DNA of 64,000 nucleotides from the human T2T-CHM13v2.0 reference genome, Homo sapiens: the NCBI RefSeq assembly GCF_009914755.1, contig NC_060940.1. The stretch is one strand, 5' to 3'. The notes beneath the pieces are model-generated. The model saw only the letters and a program-made list of their open reading frames with translations, was not told the origin of the DNA and made no database searches. Below are positions 53,781 through 64,000 of the stretch, one piece after another (position 1 is the first letter of the stretch; every line of letters begins with the position of its first letter). The position numbers were made by a program, and so were the translations under genes.

Positions 53781-56700
53781 CAGAGAGAGGGTGCGTAGGA
53801 GTGAATGTGTTCCTAAGCTCTCTTGGTCTTCGTGCCTTAAGGTCCTGGTAACAGATGTTAGAAATGCAGAAACTGGCAGATGCGCATGGTAGGATTTATG
53901 GACCAGATATGCACACTTATGTCCCAAGTGTGTGTCTGTTGTATGTTTGTGGAGTGAGGAGGGAATCCCTTGCAACATTGCCTAACCAGAAAATAGCTTT
54001 CACGGGCCAAGAAGACTCAGCCTCTTATTTAGGCTGATGGACATTGTCTGGAGCCTGAGGCTGTGTCAGAGCACACAGGAGACACTCTGTCTGGGCACTA
54101 CTTGGGAAAGATGTTTGTTCCCAAGTCACAACTGTGAGCCGCTCCCTCAGAGCTCAGACAGCAGCGATGGACATCGTGGGTGAGCTGTCTGTAGCTCAGT
54201 CCCTCTGAGAGCAGTGAGGCACTTAGAGTGCCGGGAGCCATGCACCGCGGCTTAGCACGCCAGCAGGAGCTAATATGTACGCTGCACCACTGTCGCGGCA
54301 TCTGCCTGGCTGCAGATTTCCTGTGCAGCTGATGGACTTTCAGATGAAAGGCAAAATTTCCGGTGCCCTTGATCTCAAAGTTGTCTCTTGGACTTCTCAC
54401 TTCCTCATAAGCTGCCTCCATAAAGGGACAGAAAAAGGGAGGTTTTTGGCAGAAAAGGAGTGGGTGTTGGGAGCCTTTCGAAAGTCTGTTTCCAGCATGG
54501 CAGGTGACGTCCCCTCCTTAAGCAGATCTGTTATCCCTGTCACAGTTGGGCCATGACAGTTCAGAGCCATGTTCAGGTTCACACAATTCGAGATGTTAGT
54601 CTCTTCCTTTCTGAGGCATTCCTGAAAGTTCTATCTGAGGCTCTATTCCTTTATATACAATTCTATGTAAATAAATGTTGAGAGTCTGAACAATCCTAGT
54701 ACCGAGCATTCTGCATTAAGTAGAATTACCGATATTGGGTCCCATCTATTCATCCCCACCACCCCCCAACCTCAACTACAGCAGAAGCTCTGCCCAATCT
54801 GGTTCTGCCCAATTTTGTGGTCACCACAGTGGCACATGCTGGAGGTTTTCAATACATGTCTGCTGAACGAATGAGTGAATGAAGTCACATCTAGGAGGTG
54901 CCCACTTGTTCATGACCCTGATTGCAAATGACCTAGTGGACATCAGGCCACCCCCACCTTCAGGACAGCATCTTTCCAGGGATCCCTCTGCCTGCCATTC
55001 CTGTGTGGGTTTAAACCCACGTTTCCCCACAAAACCAGATCGGAGCAGGTCAGCCTTGGCCAGTGCTCTCTGCCTGATGTCCAGGGCAGCTCCTGCCACA
55101 TGGGGTATCTGGGAAGTCTCGCTGAGTGACTGGATGGGCTCCAGGTGTGTGTCCGTCCGGCACCTCTGCTTCCCTCTGGGAGACACACCTGGAGCCAAGC
55201 AGGCCAAGGGATGCTAACCCACATAGATGGGGCAGTCCAGGCTCCCCACTCCCCTCTTGGCTCCTCAGACCCACCTGGACCCTGAGATTTCTCCAGAAGC
55301 ACCAGGGGGCAGAAACCATGAGCTTCCTGTTCAGACTTTTCTGTAGGAGCTTGGTGTCTGCCCAGCAGGGACTCCAGGGGCTCGGCTGCTGCACATTGGT
55401 CCCCACTACACACACGTGTTTGATGCATGAAGGGCACTTGCTGAATTTTGACCAGAATCCTGAGCTATCGGACGTAGAAGCAGCTTTAGCCTCCCAGCCC
55501 ACTTTCCCCTCAATAAGACGCGTTCATAAACTTCTGTCCTTCGCCAAGTCCTGCTGCCGGGGAGGCAGAACCTCGTCTCTTCGCATCGGGCAGCCATCAT
55601 CTTGTTTTACAGATGAAGACACCGGGGCTCAGCACGCGGCTTGCCTGATGTCTTCCAGGTAATAAGGAACAGTCAGGAACTGGACTTGCCTCCCTAGTTA
55701 GAGACTCTCCCACTTGTGTATCCGTCTTACACCCCATGCAGACGCCCCCCTTCATAGCCCTTGACCTTGAGGGAGCCCCGTGCGGAAGCACTTCTCATGG
55801 CTGCTGGTGGTCTCGGTGAATATCAGCAGAAAGGAAATGGAGCCGCCATATTGGATCCTCCCTGCGTCTGGGTGTCCTGGGAGTGCCTTTAAGTCCTCCT
55901 GGGCCTCAGTCTCCCTTCTGGGGAGAGAAGAACCACCCAGGTCCGTCCTCCCTGGCGAGCTGATGTGGTGCCTTCAGACCCCTCTGTTTTGTGTCCTTCC
56001 TTCTAAGAAGGCAGGGCCTCTGGGGCTCAGCCTTGATGGCTGCTGGCTGCCCAGGGAAGGGGCTGGAGCCGAAGGTATGAGGCACATATTCTGTGGTAGG
56101 ACAGTTTTGGGGACCGAGGCTTTGGTGTCAGGTCCCAGGAGTCTGGAGAACATGAAGTGGATCTGGATATGCGGGTCACAATTAAGGCAAGGGGGTGCCA
56201 TGTGGGGCCTGGAGAATGGAGCAAAGGGGACTTCCAGAGGCAGAGGGGGAGCCAGAAGGGGCCCTGGAGTCACCTGCAGTGGGTGGGTGCTGCATAGCAC
56301 TGAGCTGCCTGGTGTGCGTGGTCCCAGCAGGGGCCTTGACCAGACAGCAGCCGATGCTTGGGTCCCCAGCACCGAGGACCATGCATTTCCAACTGGGGCA
56401 GGGTGGCCCAGGTGAGCCAAGGCCACAGGAGCCGGGACAATGGGTAGCAGGGCCTGAGTGTGAGTCCCTGTTGTAAACTCGGACCAGTAATTTTGCATCT
56501 ATAGGCCTCCACCCTCCCATCTATGAATTGAGACTGATAAACCCACCTCACCAGGGCCCCAGTGGGGTCCGGGGACCAACATGTGTGAAGATGCTTCACT
56601 GGAAAGCATTGTGGTGACATGTGTGACGCACGTGGGGAAGGGTCAGAAAACGGGTTGAGTGAAGCCTCGTACAGCTAAGTCGGGTGGGTGGGCTGGAATT

Positions 56701-57169
56701 TGGAGCTGGAATCTTCTGGGGTGATGGTGGCCAGCCAGGCCTCGGTGGCCTTGACTGGAAAAGTCTGCCCATTGTGAAGCGCCTCCTGCTCTGGGCAAAC
56801 TGTGCTCATTACTTGCTCACTCGTAGGCTCTCCAGACTCTGCCCTGAGTCACTTTCCCCATATGTTAGCTGTCTCCACCCTGTGTTATCAAAAAAAAAAA
56901 AAAAAAAAAAACCTCTAACAGAATTTGATTTCCATCCAGCTCACCAGGAACTTTAAATCCCCCTGTCTGGATCCTTTATCGGACACTGGTCCGCTAGACA
57001 GTCTCTCTGAGGAGCACGATCCTGACAGTTTCCACCTAAATGCCCTTGGGGAGGCCCTGGGGTCTTCCTCATCCTTCACACAGAAAGATTGAGATCAATG
57101 GCATGGCCTCTACCAGCAGCCAGAAACATAAATTTACTTCCCTTCTATTCTCCTGAACAAACTGAGGCC

Positions 57170-57625
57170 TGTGGATGGTGGGTGGATGGATGGATGGGTG
57201 GATGGGTGCACGAATAGATGCATGGATAGACTGATGGATGGATCAATAGGTAGACAAGTGGATGAATACATGGGTGGATGGATGGATGAATGGATGGGTA
57301 GATGGATGGATAGGTAGATGGGTGGATGAATGGATGAATGGGTAGATGGACAGGAAGATGGGTGGATGGATGGGTGGACACGTGAGTGAATGGATGGATG
57401 GGTAATTGGATGGATGGATGGATGGATGGATGGATGGATGGATGGTTAAATGAGTACATGGTGGATGAATGGATAGTTAGGTGGATGAATAATTGACTGG
57501 GTGGATGGATGGATGGATGGTTAAATCGGTACGTGGTAAATGGATAGATAGGTGGATGGATGAATGAGTGAATGAGTGGGTAGGTGAATGGATGGGTAGG
57601 TAGATAGATGAATGGGTGGACTTAT
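57170..57625. repeat. Degenerate (TGGA)n tract
   Basis: Direct reading. Confidence 0.96.
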
Positions 57626-59035
57626 TTACTAAATGGAAAGGGAAATGATGATCCATCACCTGCCAAGATTCTGGGCTTTGTCTAGAAAGTTCTCCCACCT
57701 GAAGGGGTCTGTACTGGCCATTTCTTCTTTCTAGAATATTCCCTTCAAAGCTTCATTGGGGGGTGTATTTTCCCTCTTAACCTTAATGTCACCTCTTCTG
57801 AGACTCTTCTGTGATCCTATAGGGAGACCAGCACTAAATAAATAATTAACCTTCAAATAAGTCTACAGTGTCCAATTAGGATGGGTGCATGAGGACTGGG
57901 ACTGTGGGTGGGAATTGTGGGGCATGGAGGGGGCTATGGGTAGCTGATCGGGAAAGGTTTCTCTTAGCCTTCGGTCTCTCTCCTAAGGCACAAGCAGGCT
58001 AAGTGGGGTTCACGTGACACAGGTGGAGGGAACGGTGTGAAGACCACGAGACGGCCTTTACTCTGAACCAAGATAAGCATCTGTGTGCTCTCTGCCCAGC
58101 TCCGAGTGCCAGGACTGTGCACGGGGTCTCCCCTAGAGCCCCCAGTGCCTCAAGAGAGGAGTCAGTGGCCTTTGTTGGATGTGAGGGTTATCTTCCTATG
58201 GTCACCCAGGAAAGCTCTGGCTCAAATTCCTTTGTGGCCAAAAGTTGCTTGTGGCAGAAACACATGGGACCAGTGACAAAGATCAGCTGAAACTGTCTTT
58301 AGACCAAGATGCCAATCAGAACCAACTGTGCAGAACCAGTGTGCCGCCATGCCAAACCACTGCCCAAGGTAGGCTCGTGCCATCCTACCTCCTGCCCTGT
58401 GCACTTCTAACACACCATCTAAGCACCCGCTCCTTCCTTACTTCCTTCCACAAATACCTGCCTAGTGCTGTCTTACTGTCTCCTCAGTGGTTTAGGGCGC
58501 ATAAACTTGGCCTTCCACATCATTGTGCAAACTCCCTTGTTCAAATCCACATGGCACTTTGCTGGGTTCCTGCCTCCTGCCCTCTGGGCTCCCAGGCTAC
58601 TCAAAGACACAGGCAAGAAAATACAACCCTGCATTAAGAGCCACTCATTCTTTGAAGAAAGAGGCCATCTCATCTGAGGAGCTTTTTCCACGTGGAAATT
58701 GCCTCTTTAACCCTGAGTATCCTTGAGTCCAAGCGCTAAAAACCAACACACCTGCTTGCTTCCCACGACTGGGAAGCGGCTAAAAGCCTGGGTCTCTGCT
58801 TTCTTTGTAGATCGTGGCTGAGCAAATGCAGCCGATGAAATGGAAGAGCAAGGGGTGAAGAAATGAGTGAGGTGCCCACGCAGCCCTCATAATGCCGGGG
58901 CCATCGGAGAGAAGACCGGGATGAGTTTTTAGGGTAAATGCCAGGTCTCTGTAATAACCAAAGAATGATTTACACCAAGCACGGCCTGTGCTGTTGGGGC
59001 ATCCATGGCACAATGACTAGCAAGAGCCTCTCGAG

Positions 59036-59615
59036 CCCTCAGGACGTGGCAGGGCTCAGGGTCTGGGGAGGATGTCATCTCTAGCCCCCAGGACGTGGCA
59101 GGGCTCAGGGTCTGGGGAGTATGTCATCTCGGGCCCCCAGGATGTGGCAGGGCTCAGGGTCTGGGGAGGACGTCATCTCAGGCCCCCAGGACGTGGCAGG
59201 GCTCAGGGTCTGGGGAGGACGTCATCTCGGGCCCCCAGGACGTGGCAGGGCTCAGGGTCTGGGGAGGACGTCATCTCGGGCCCCCAGGACGTGGCAGGGC
59301 TCAGGGTCTGGGGAGGACGTCATCTCGGGCCCCCAGGACGTGGCAGGGCTCAGGGTCTGGGGAGGACGTCATCTCGGGCCCCCAGGACGTGGCAGGGCTC
59401 AGGGTCTGGGGAGGACGTCATCTCGGGCCCCCAGGACGTGGCAGGGCTCAGGGTCTGGGGAGGACGTCATCTCGGGCCCCCAGGACGTGGCAGGGCTCAG
59501 GGTCTGGGGAGGACGTCATCTCGGGCCCCCAGGATGTGGCAGGGCTCAGGGTATGGGGAGGACGTCATCTTGGGCCCCCAGGATGTGGCAGGGCTCAGGG
59601 TCTGGAGAGGGCGTC
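59036..59615. repeat. 49-bp VNTR, ~11.7 copies (CAGGACGTGGCAGGGCTCAGGGTCTGGGGAGGACGTCATCTCGGGCCCC)
   Basis: Unit starts 59040 to 59579 at exact period 49, central copies identical. Confidence 0.97.
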
Positions 59616-60433
59616 AACGGCTGTAGCTGAGCCCCTGCTGAGGAGTTGGGTTGTGGCCATTCTGGTGTTTGTGGGTTTTGATTAGAGAGCTATCTGAAAG
59701 CGCTGATCTGTCATTGAGCTGTACAACTGTACACATTGATACTACGGCCTACACTCGGTGCACACAAAGACATACATGGGCCAGGCCCCCGGGAGATGCT
59801 GGGCAGGACCAAGCTGTTCACCCATCACTGTGCTTAGCAGTGCGAGGATGGCTGAGTTCTAGAAGATCCCTCTCTCTGGAACAGATCTGGTGAAGATGTG
59901 CTGGGAACACCATCTGCTCTCTGCGTGGAATGACAGACACTCTCATCAACACAGATAACATATGTCTGAGGTCTCAACCTGCGTTCTGTCGCCCCAGAAA
60001 TATGGAAGGCAGCTGGCACCTCTGCCCCTGTGAGATGTTTGACTGTCAATAGAGAAAGGGCTTGGATGTCGCGCCATCCCTGGGGCAGCGCCTGGCTTTG
60101 ATAAGCGTCCCCCCTCGGGCTCTCGGCTCTGCAGAGGATATTGCCTCTGAAGGGTGGAAGCGAGCCCGCCCGGCTGCGCCTTTGCAGGGCCCCCTCCTTT
60201 CAGATCCCTTCCTGCGACAGGAATTTCCCCGAGAGTGGCCCTGACAGACCCTGATGCATTGCAACAGCCCCAAGGCCATAGGGTGGGGCTTCTGTGTCCA
60301 GACTCCAGATGCCTGGGAAGGGGCCAGCCTGGCGGGGACATCCTCATAGGATCCCAGCTTCTGTCCCCACTGGGGATGGCAAGGTGGGCGGAACATGAGA
60401 GACAGGCTCCAGCTGCGTGGGGGTGGGGGAATG

Positions 60434-60945
60434 ACACACACACTCACACACACATGCTCATGCACACATACACAGGTGCACATACAGACACATATGTGCA
60501 CACCCATGCTCACACACATACATGCACACTCACAGACATGCTCACCCTCCCCCCCACACACAGTGCACAAACACACATATGTGCACACTCACAGACAAGC
60601 TCACCCTCCCCACACACACACAGGTGCACATACACACATATATGCACACTCACGTGCTCACACACAGGTGCGCATATGCACACACATGCACACTCACAGA
60701 CATGCTCACACTCATGCACACTCACATACGCATACACACATGCACAGACATGCTCACACACTCATGCACACTCGTGCACACTCACATGTGCAGACCCATG
60801 CTCTCACACATTCGCCCATGCTCCACCCACACACGCATACACAGGTGCACATACATGCACACACACATGCACACATGCTCTCACACACATGGTAGTGCAC
60901 ACACATGCTCACACATACCACGCACACACTCACGCACCCACACCC
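60434..60945. repeat. Degenerate (CA)n-rich tract
   Basis: Direct reading. Confidence 0.93.
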
Positions 60946-61699
60946 CACCGAGGGGAGGGACAGGCACACCAGGCAGAAGGACAGCCCTGGTGCAGCACAT
61001 TGGATGCAGCTGTTTTGAAGCAGGGCCATTTCGGTGCAGGCTGGATCAGAAGCCACACAGACTGATGTTGGCCACTGAGCAATGCGTTCAAACTGTCTCT
61101 CAGTGGGTCCTCGTCTCCCAAACGCTGGAAAAGCCATTGCTCCAGGAGAGATCTGGAGCAGACATCCAGTAAGCAGCCAGCGGCAGGCACCAAAACAGTG
61201 TCGCCACGCAGGGGCTGCTTTCGGCTCTAGCCTCGAAACCTGCATTCCGTCCAGCCCAGCAACATGCAGCTCAGAGGCGGCTCAGTGGCGATGGGAGATT
61301 GGGACGGGGCAGGCGTCTGAGTGGTCTCTCGGCTGTGCTGATGGCTACAAAGCTAATGGCGGGGGGCTGGCTTCAGGTATGATCAAAGAGGTTCCGTTGC
61401 TCAGCAGGGTCCCGCCAGGGATGAGTCAAAGACGGGTGCGTGCATGACAAGGCTCAGCCACCCTCCACGTCCGCTTTCCTTGGCTTCTCTCCATGCACTT
61501 TTTTTGTTTTTTTGCACTCTGTCATAGGCTTACCTGCAAAGCACCTGCATCTGCCCACACGTGGCCTGGAGGTGTCCGGCCTGCCTCACTGCCGCTGAGT
61601 CTCTCACAGCCCACGGCACACGGCAAGTGGGAAACGGAAGCTGTTGCCATGAGCCCTGCATGCCTGACCTCCTGCAAAGACCCCTCCGTGGGATGGGAG

Positions 61700-61972
61700 T
61701 GTGGCAGCTCACTCCAGTCTCCAGGGCCGGCATCTTCATCTCTCTCTGCTCTGTCCCCACGCACCCTCTCCTCTCTGTGGGCCGGAGCCCCCTCCGCCTC
61801 CCTCTTATGAGGACATCTGTGATTGCATTCAGGGCCCACCCAGGTGGTCCAGGATCATCTCGTCTCCAGAACCTTCACTTAGTCCTGTGGCCCCTTCTCC
61901 AAACAAGGACACGTTTGCAGGGTCCAAGGATTAGGACCTGACCTCTTTAGGGTACATTATTGAGGGCACTAC
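61700..61972 (-). mobile_element. MLT1 LTR fragment
   Basis: ctcttatgaggacatctgtgattgcattcagggcccaccca...ggattaggac...cactaca. Confidence 0.65.
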
Positions 61973-63175
61973 AGGTGCCGGTGTGGCTTTTGTCCCCAGG
62001 GGTCCCTGGGAGGTGACAACTGCCATCCTTTGCCTGTGCTCCCAGCTTGAGGAAGGAGGTTCCCCAATATCTTTATGTTACGAGCAGGGCGAGTCGATTC
62101 CTGCAATTGTCCCACAGGTCTTGTCACCAGAAATCAAGTCCTTCTTCATCTTTTCAGTTTATGAATGGCACAAGGGCCTTAAGACCAGAATTGCAGATGT
62201 AACCCCGCCATCCTCTTGACAGTCCCCCACCCCCTGCCACAGCCCATGGGGTGAGGTGGGGTCTGGGGGCACCAGGCTTGGTCCCCAGGACTCTTTCATC
62301 AGCGGCTTTGGAGAAGGGGCCTCTGGGCTGTGCTGTCCACTCCCATAGGCAGCGGCACCCCTGGTCAGGGCTTCCCGGACCAAGAACATGCCTCGAGCGT
62401 GTTTGCTGGGGGCTCCTTCTGCCTCGAGGAGCTGTGCACAAGGGAGTCTCCGGGAAAGGGCGGATGACACATGCAGGGCCAGTGCCGCCAAGTTGCTGCT
62501 TGTTCACTGAGTTCCAAGAGAAGCCTGTTCAATCTGGGGCAAGGCTGGGAGCAGCCACCAGTCCAGACAGCCCAGGCTGAGACCCTGGAAGGCGAAACTC
62601 AAAATGTCTTCAGTTGTTTTAAGCTTTTCACATTAGGAAAGTCTCCTGAGGCGTGGAGAGGACATGGAGCTGCTGACGATTCTTACTCTTAAAATATTTC
62701 AGATTTAGACATTTCTGAGCTCTTGGTTATGTGCCAGAGAGATTTGGCCCTGGGACACGGAGGGAGGCAATGTTCTGGAAGGTCACACCTCCCACCTTCC
62801 TCTCCCCACTCCTCACTGGCTCTCCAGATCCCACGGGCACCTCCCGAGACAGGAGCAAGCAGACGTGCATTCCATCCTTAAATAGATAGGTCTGCTAGAA
62901 ATTCCTTCCATCTTTGAAGCCAAAATCCACATCCCTGTAGGGTCCACCCAGCTGGCCCCATTTTCCCCTCTGAGGGGTGATCCCTCTTCTGTGTAAAATC
63001 CCCTCACAGAAGGTTTGGTGGTGAGCTCTCTGAGACCTGGGGGAGCAGACACACAGCAGACGCTTGCCCGGGGAACCTAGGCCAGCCTGAGCCTGTCACC
63101 CTGCACCTCCAGAGCCCCACACAGATGAGTGTAGGGTGGAGGTCAGGAGAAAGGCCTGCAAGCCAATGGGGGGCA

Positions 63176-63490
63176 GGGAGGGCTTCCTGGAGGAGGCAGC
63201 TTGGGGTGGGGAGGGCTTCCTGGAGGAGGCAGCTTGGGGTGGGGAGGGCTTCCTGGAGGAGGCAGCTTGGGTGGGGAGGGCTTCCTGGAGGAGGCAGCTT
63301 GGGGTGGGGAGGGCTTCCTGGAGGAGGCAGCTTGCGGCGGGGTAGGCTTCCTGGAGGAGGCAGCTTGCAGCAGGCGAGGGCTTCCTGAAGGAGGCAGCTT
63401 GCAGCAGGAGAGGGCTTCCTGAAGGAAGCAGCTTGCAGCAGGAGAGGGCTTCTTGGAGGAAGCAGCTTGCAGCAGGAGAGGGCTTCGGAG
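63176..63490. repeat. 33-bp minisatellite, ~9.5 copies (GAGGGCTTCCTGGAGGAGGCAGCTTG + 7 variable nt)
   Basis: gagggcttcc at 63178, 63211, etc. Confidence 0.95.
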
Positions 63491-64000
63491 AGGCCGGAGG
63501 GCAGAGGCTCCAGGTGCCGGCAGCACTGTTCTTTGGAGGAAGGAGCCGAGTGAAAGGGAACCAGCCAGGCTGCTCCAGGAGCCAGACAGGAAGGAGCACA
63601 GCTTTGATGATCTAACAAGGGCTCATCTTGAGGCATGGGGCTGTGGCTTCTGGGAGTCATAGCTGAACCCAGGGAAGCTTTGCCGTGCGGTGTGGGCGGT
63701 GGCAGTCTCTGTTCTGGGGCGGTGGCTGGGGGTCAGGTCGCTGTGATCCCACTCCAGCTGAGTGCCAATCCCTGCCCCACCCGGATGAGCTGCTGGGAGG
63801 TCTTCAGGGATTTGGGTGGGCTCTGCCTCTGCCACAGGGGCCCCACTGGCTCTCATCCACTTCCCTGGGCAAGACAGGGGACTCAGGCCCAGGAGTTGCC
63901 TGACCCTGAGCAGGATGGACTTCTCCATGGGGGTTCCAGCCACTCTGGCTGGAGTTTCCCTCTGAGGCCAGCACTGCCCCGGTGCAATGGCAGCATTGCA

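Noticed and set aside
59072-59685. ORFs open in all three + frames
   Set aside because: The 49-bp unit has no stop codon and cycles through frames. No start context or splice support.
60220-60229. Isolated NF-kB site GGAATTTCCC
   Set aside because: Single 10-mer with no supporting motif cluster. Plausible by chance.

Overview
Primate, almost certainly human, genomic DNA: AluY/S/J, L1M, MIR, L2, MER5A, MLT1 and ERV solo LTRs in a GC-rich, tandem-repeat-rich, distal-chromosome-like background. I cannot identify the locus and see no credible protein-coding gene. The long ORFs are repeat translations or GC-rich chance ORFs. Two CpG-rich patches (~100-760, ~24350-24620) and two possible + strand exons (27214-27279, 28510-28567) hint at a lncRNA. 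Roughly a sixth of the window is tandem repeat. The standout is a ~4.1-kb array (42104-46215) of about 75 units of 44-58 bp. Each full unit holds two back-to-back inverted repeats. The left domain is homogenised, with variation almost entirely at CpG sites. The right domain forms exact higher-order repeats (268 bp x2, then 324 bp x2) with apparently compensatory stem changes. It looks superficially like a CRISPR array but is not one. Also notable: an L1-derived 31-bp minisatellite with a PRDM9 13-mer in nearly every unit, a 49-bp VNTR with a CRE-like and an ACGTG motif in most units, AP-1 sites arising from a (GAGT/GAAT)n microsatellite, and a candidate L1-derived CTCF site. Repeat subfamily names are from recalled consensus sequences and old-element boundaries are approximate.
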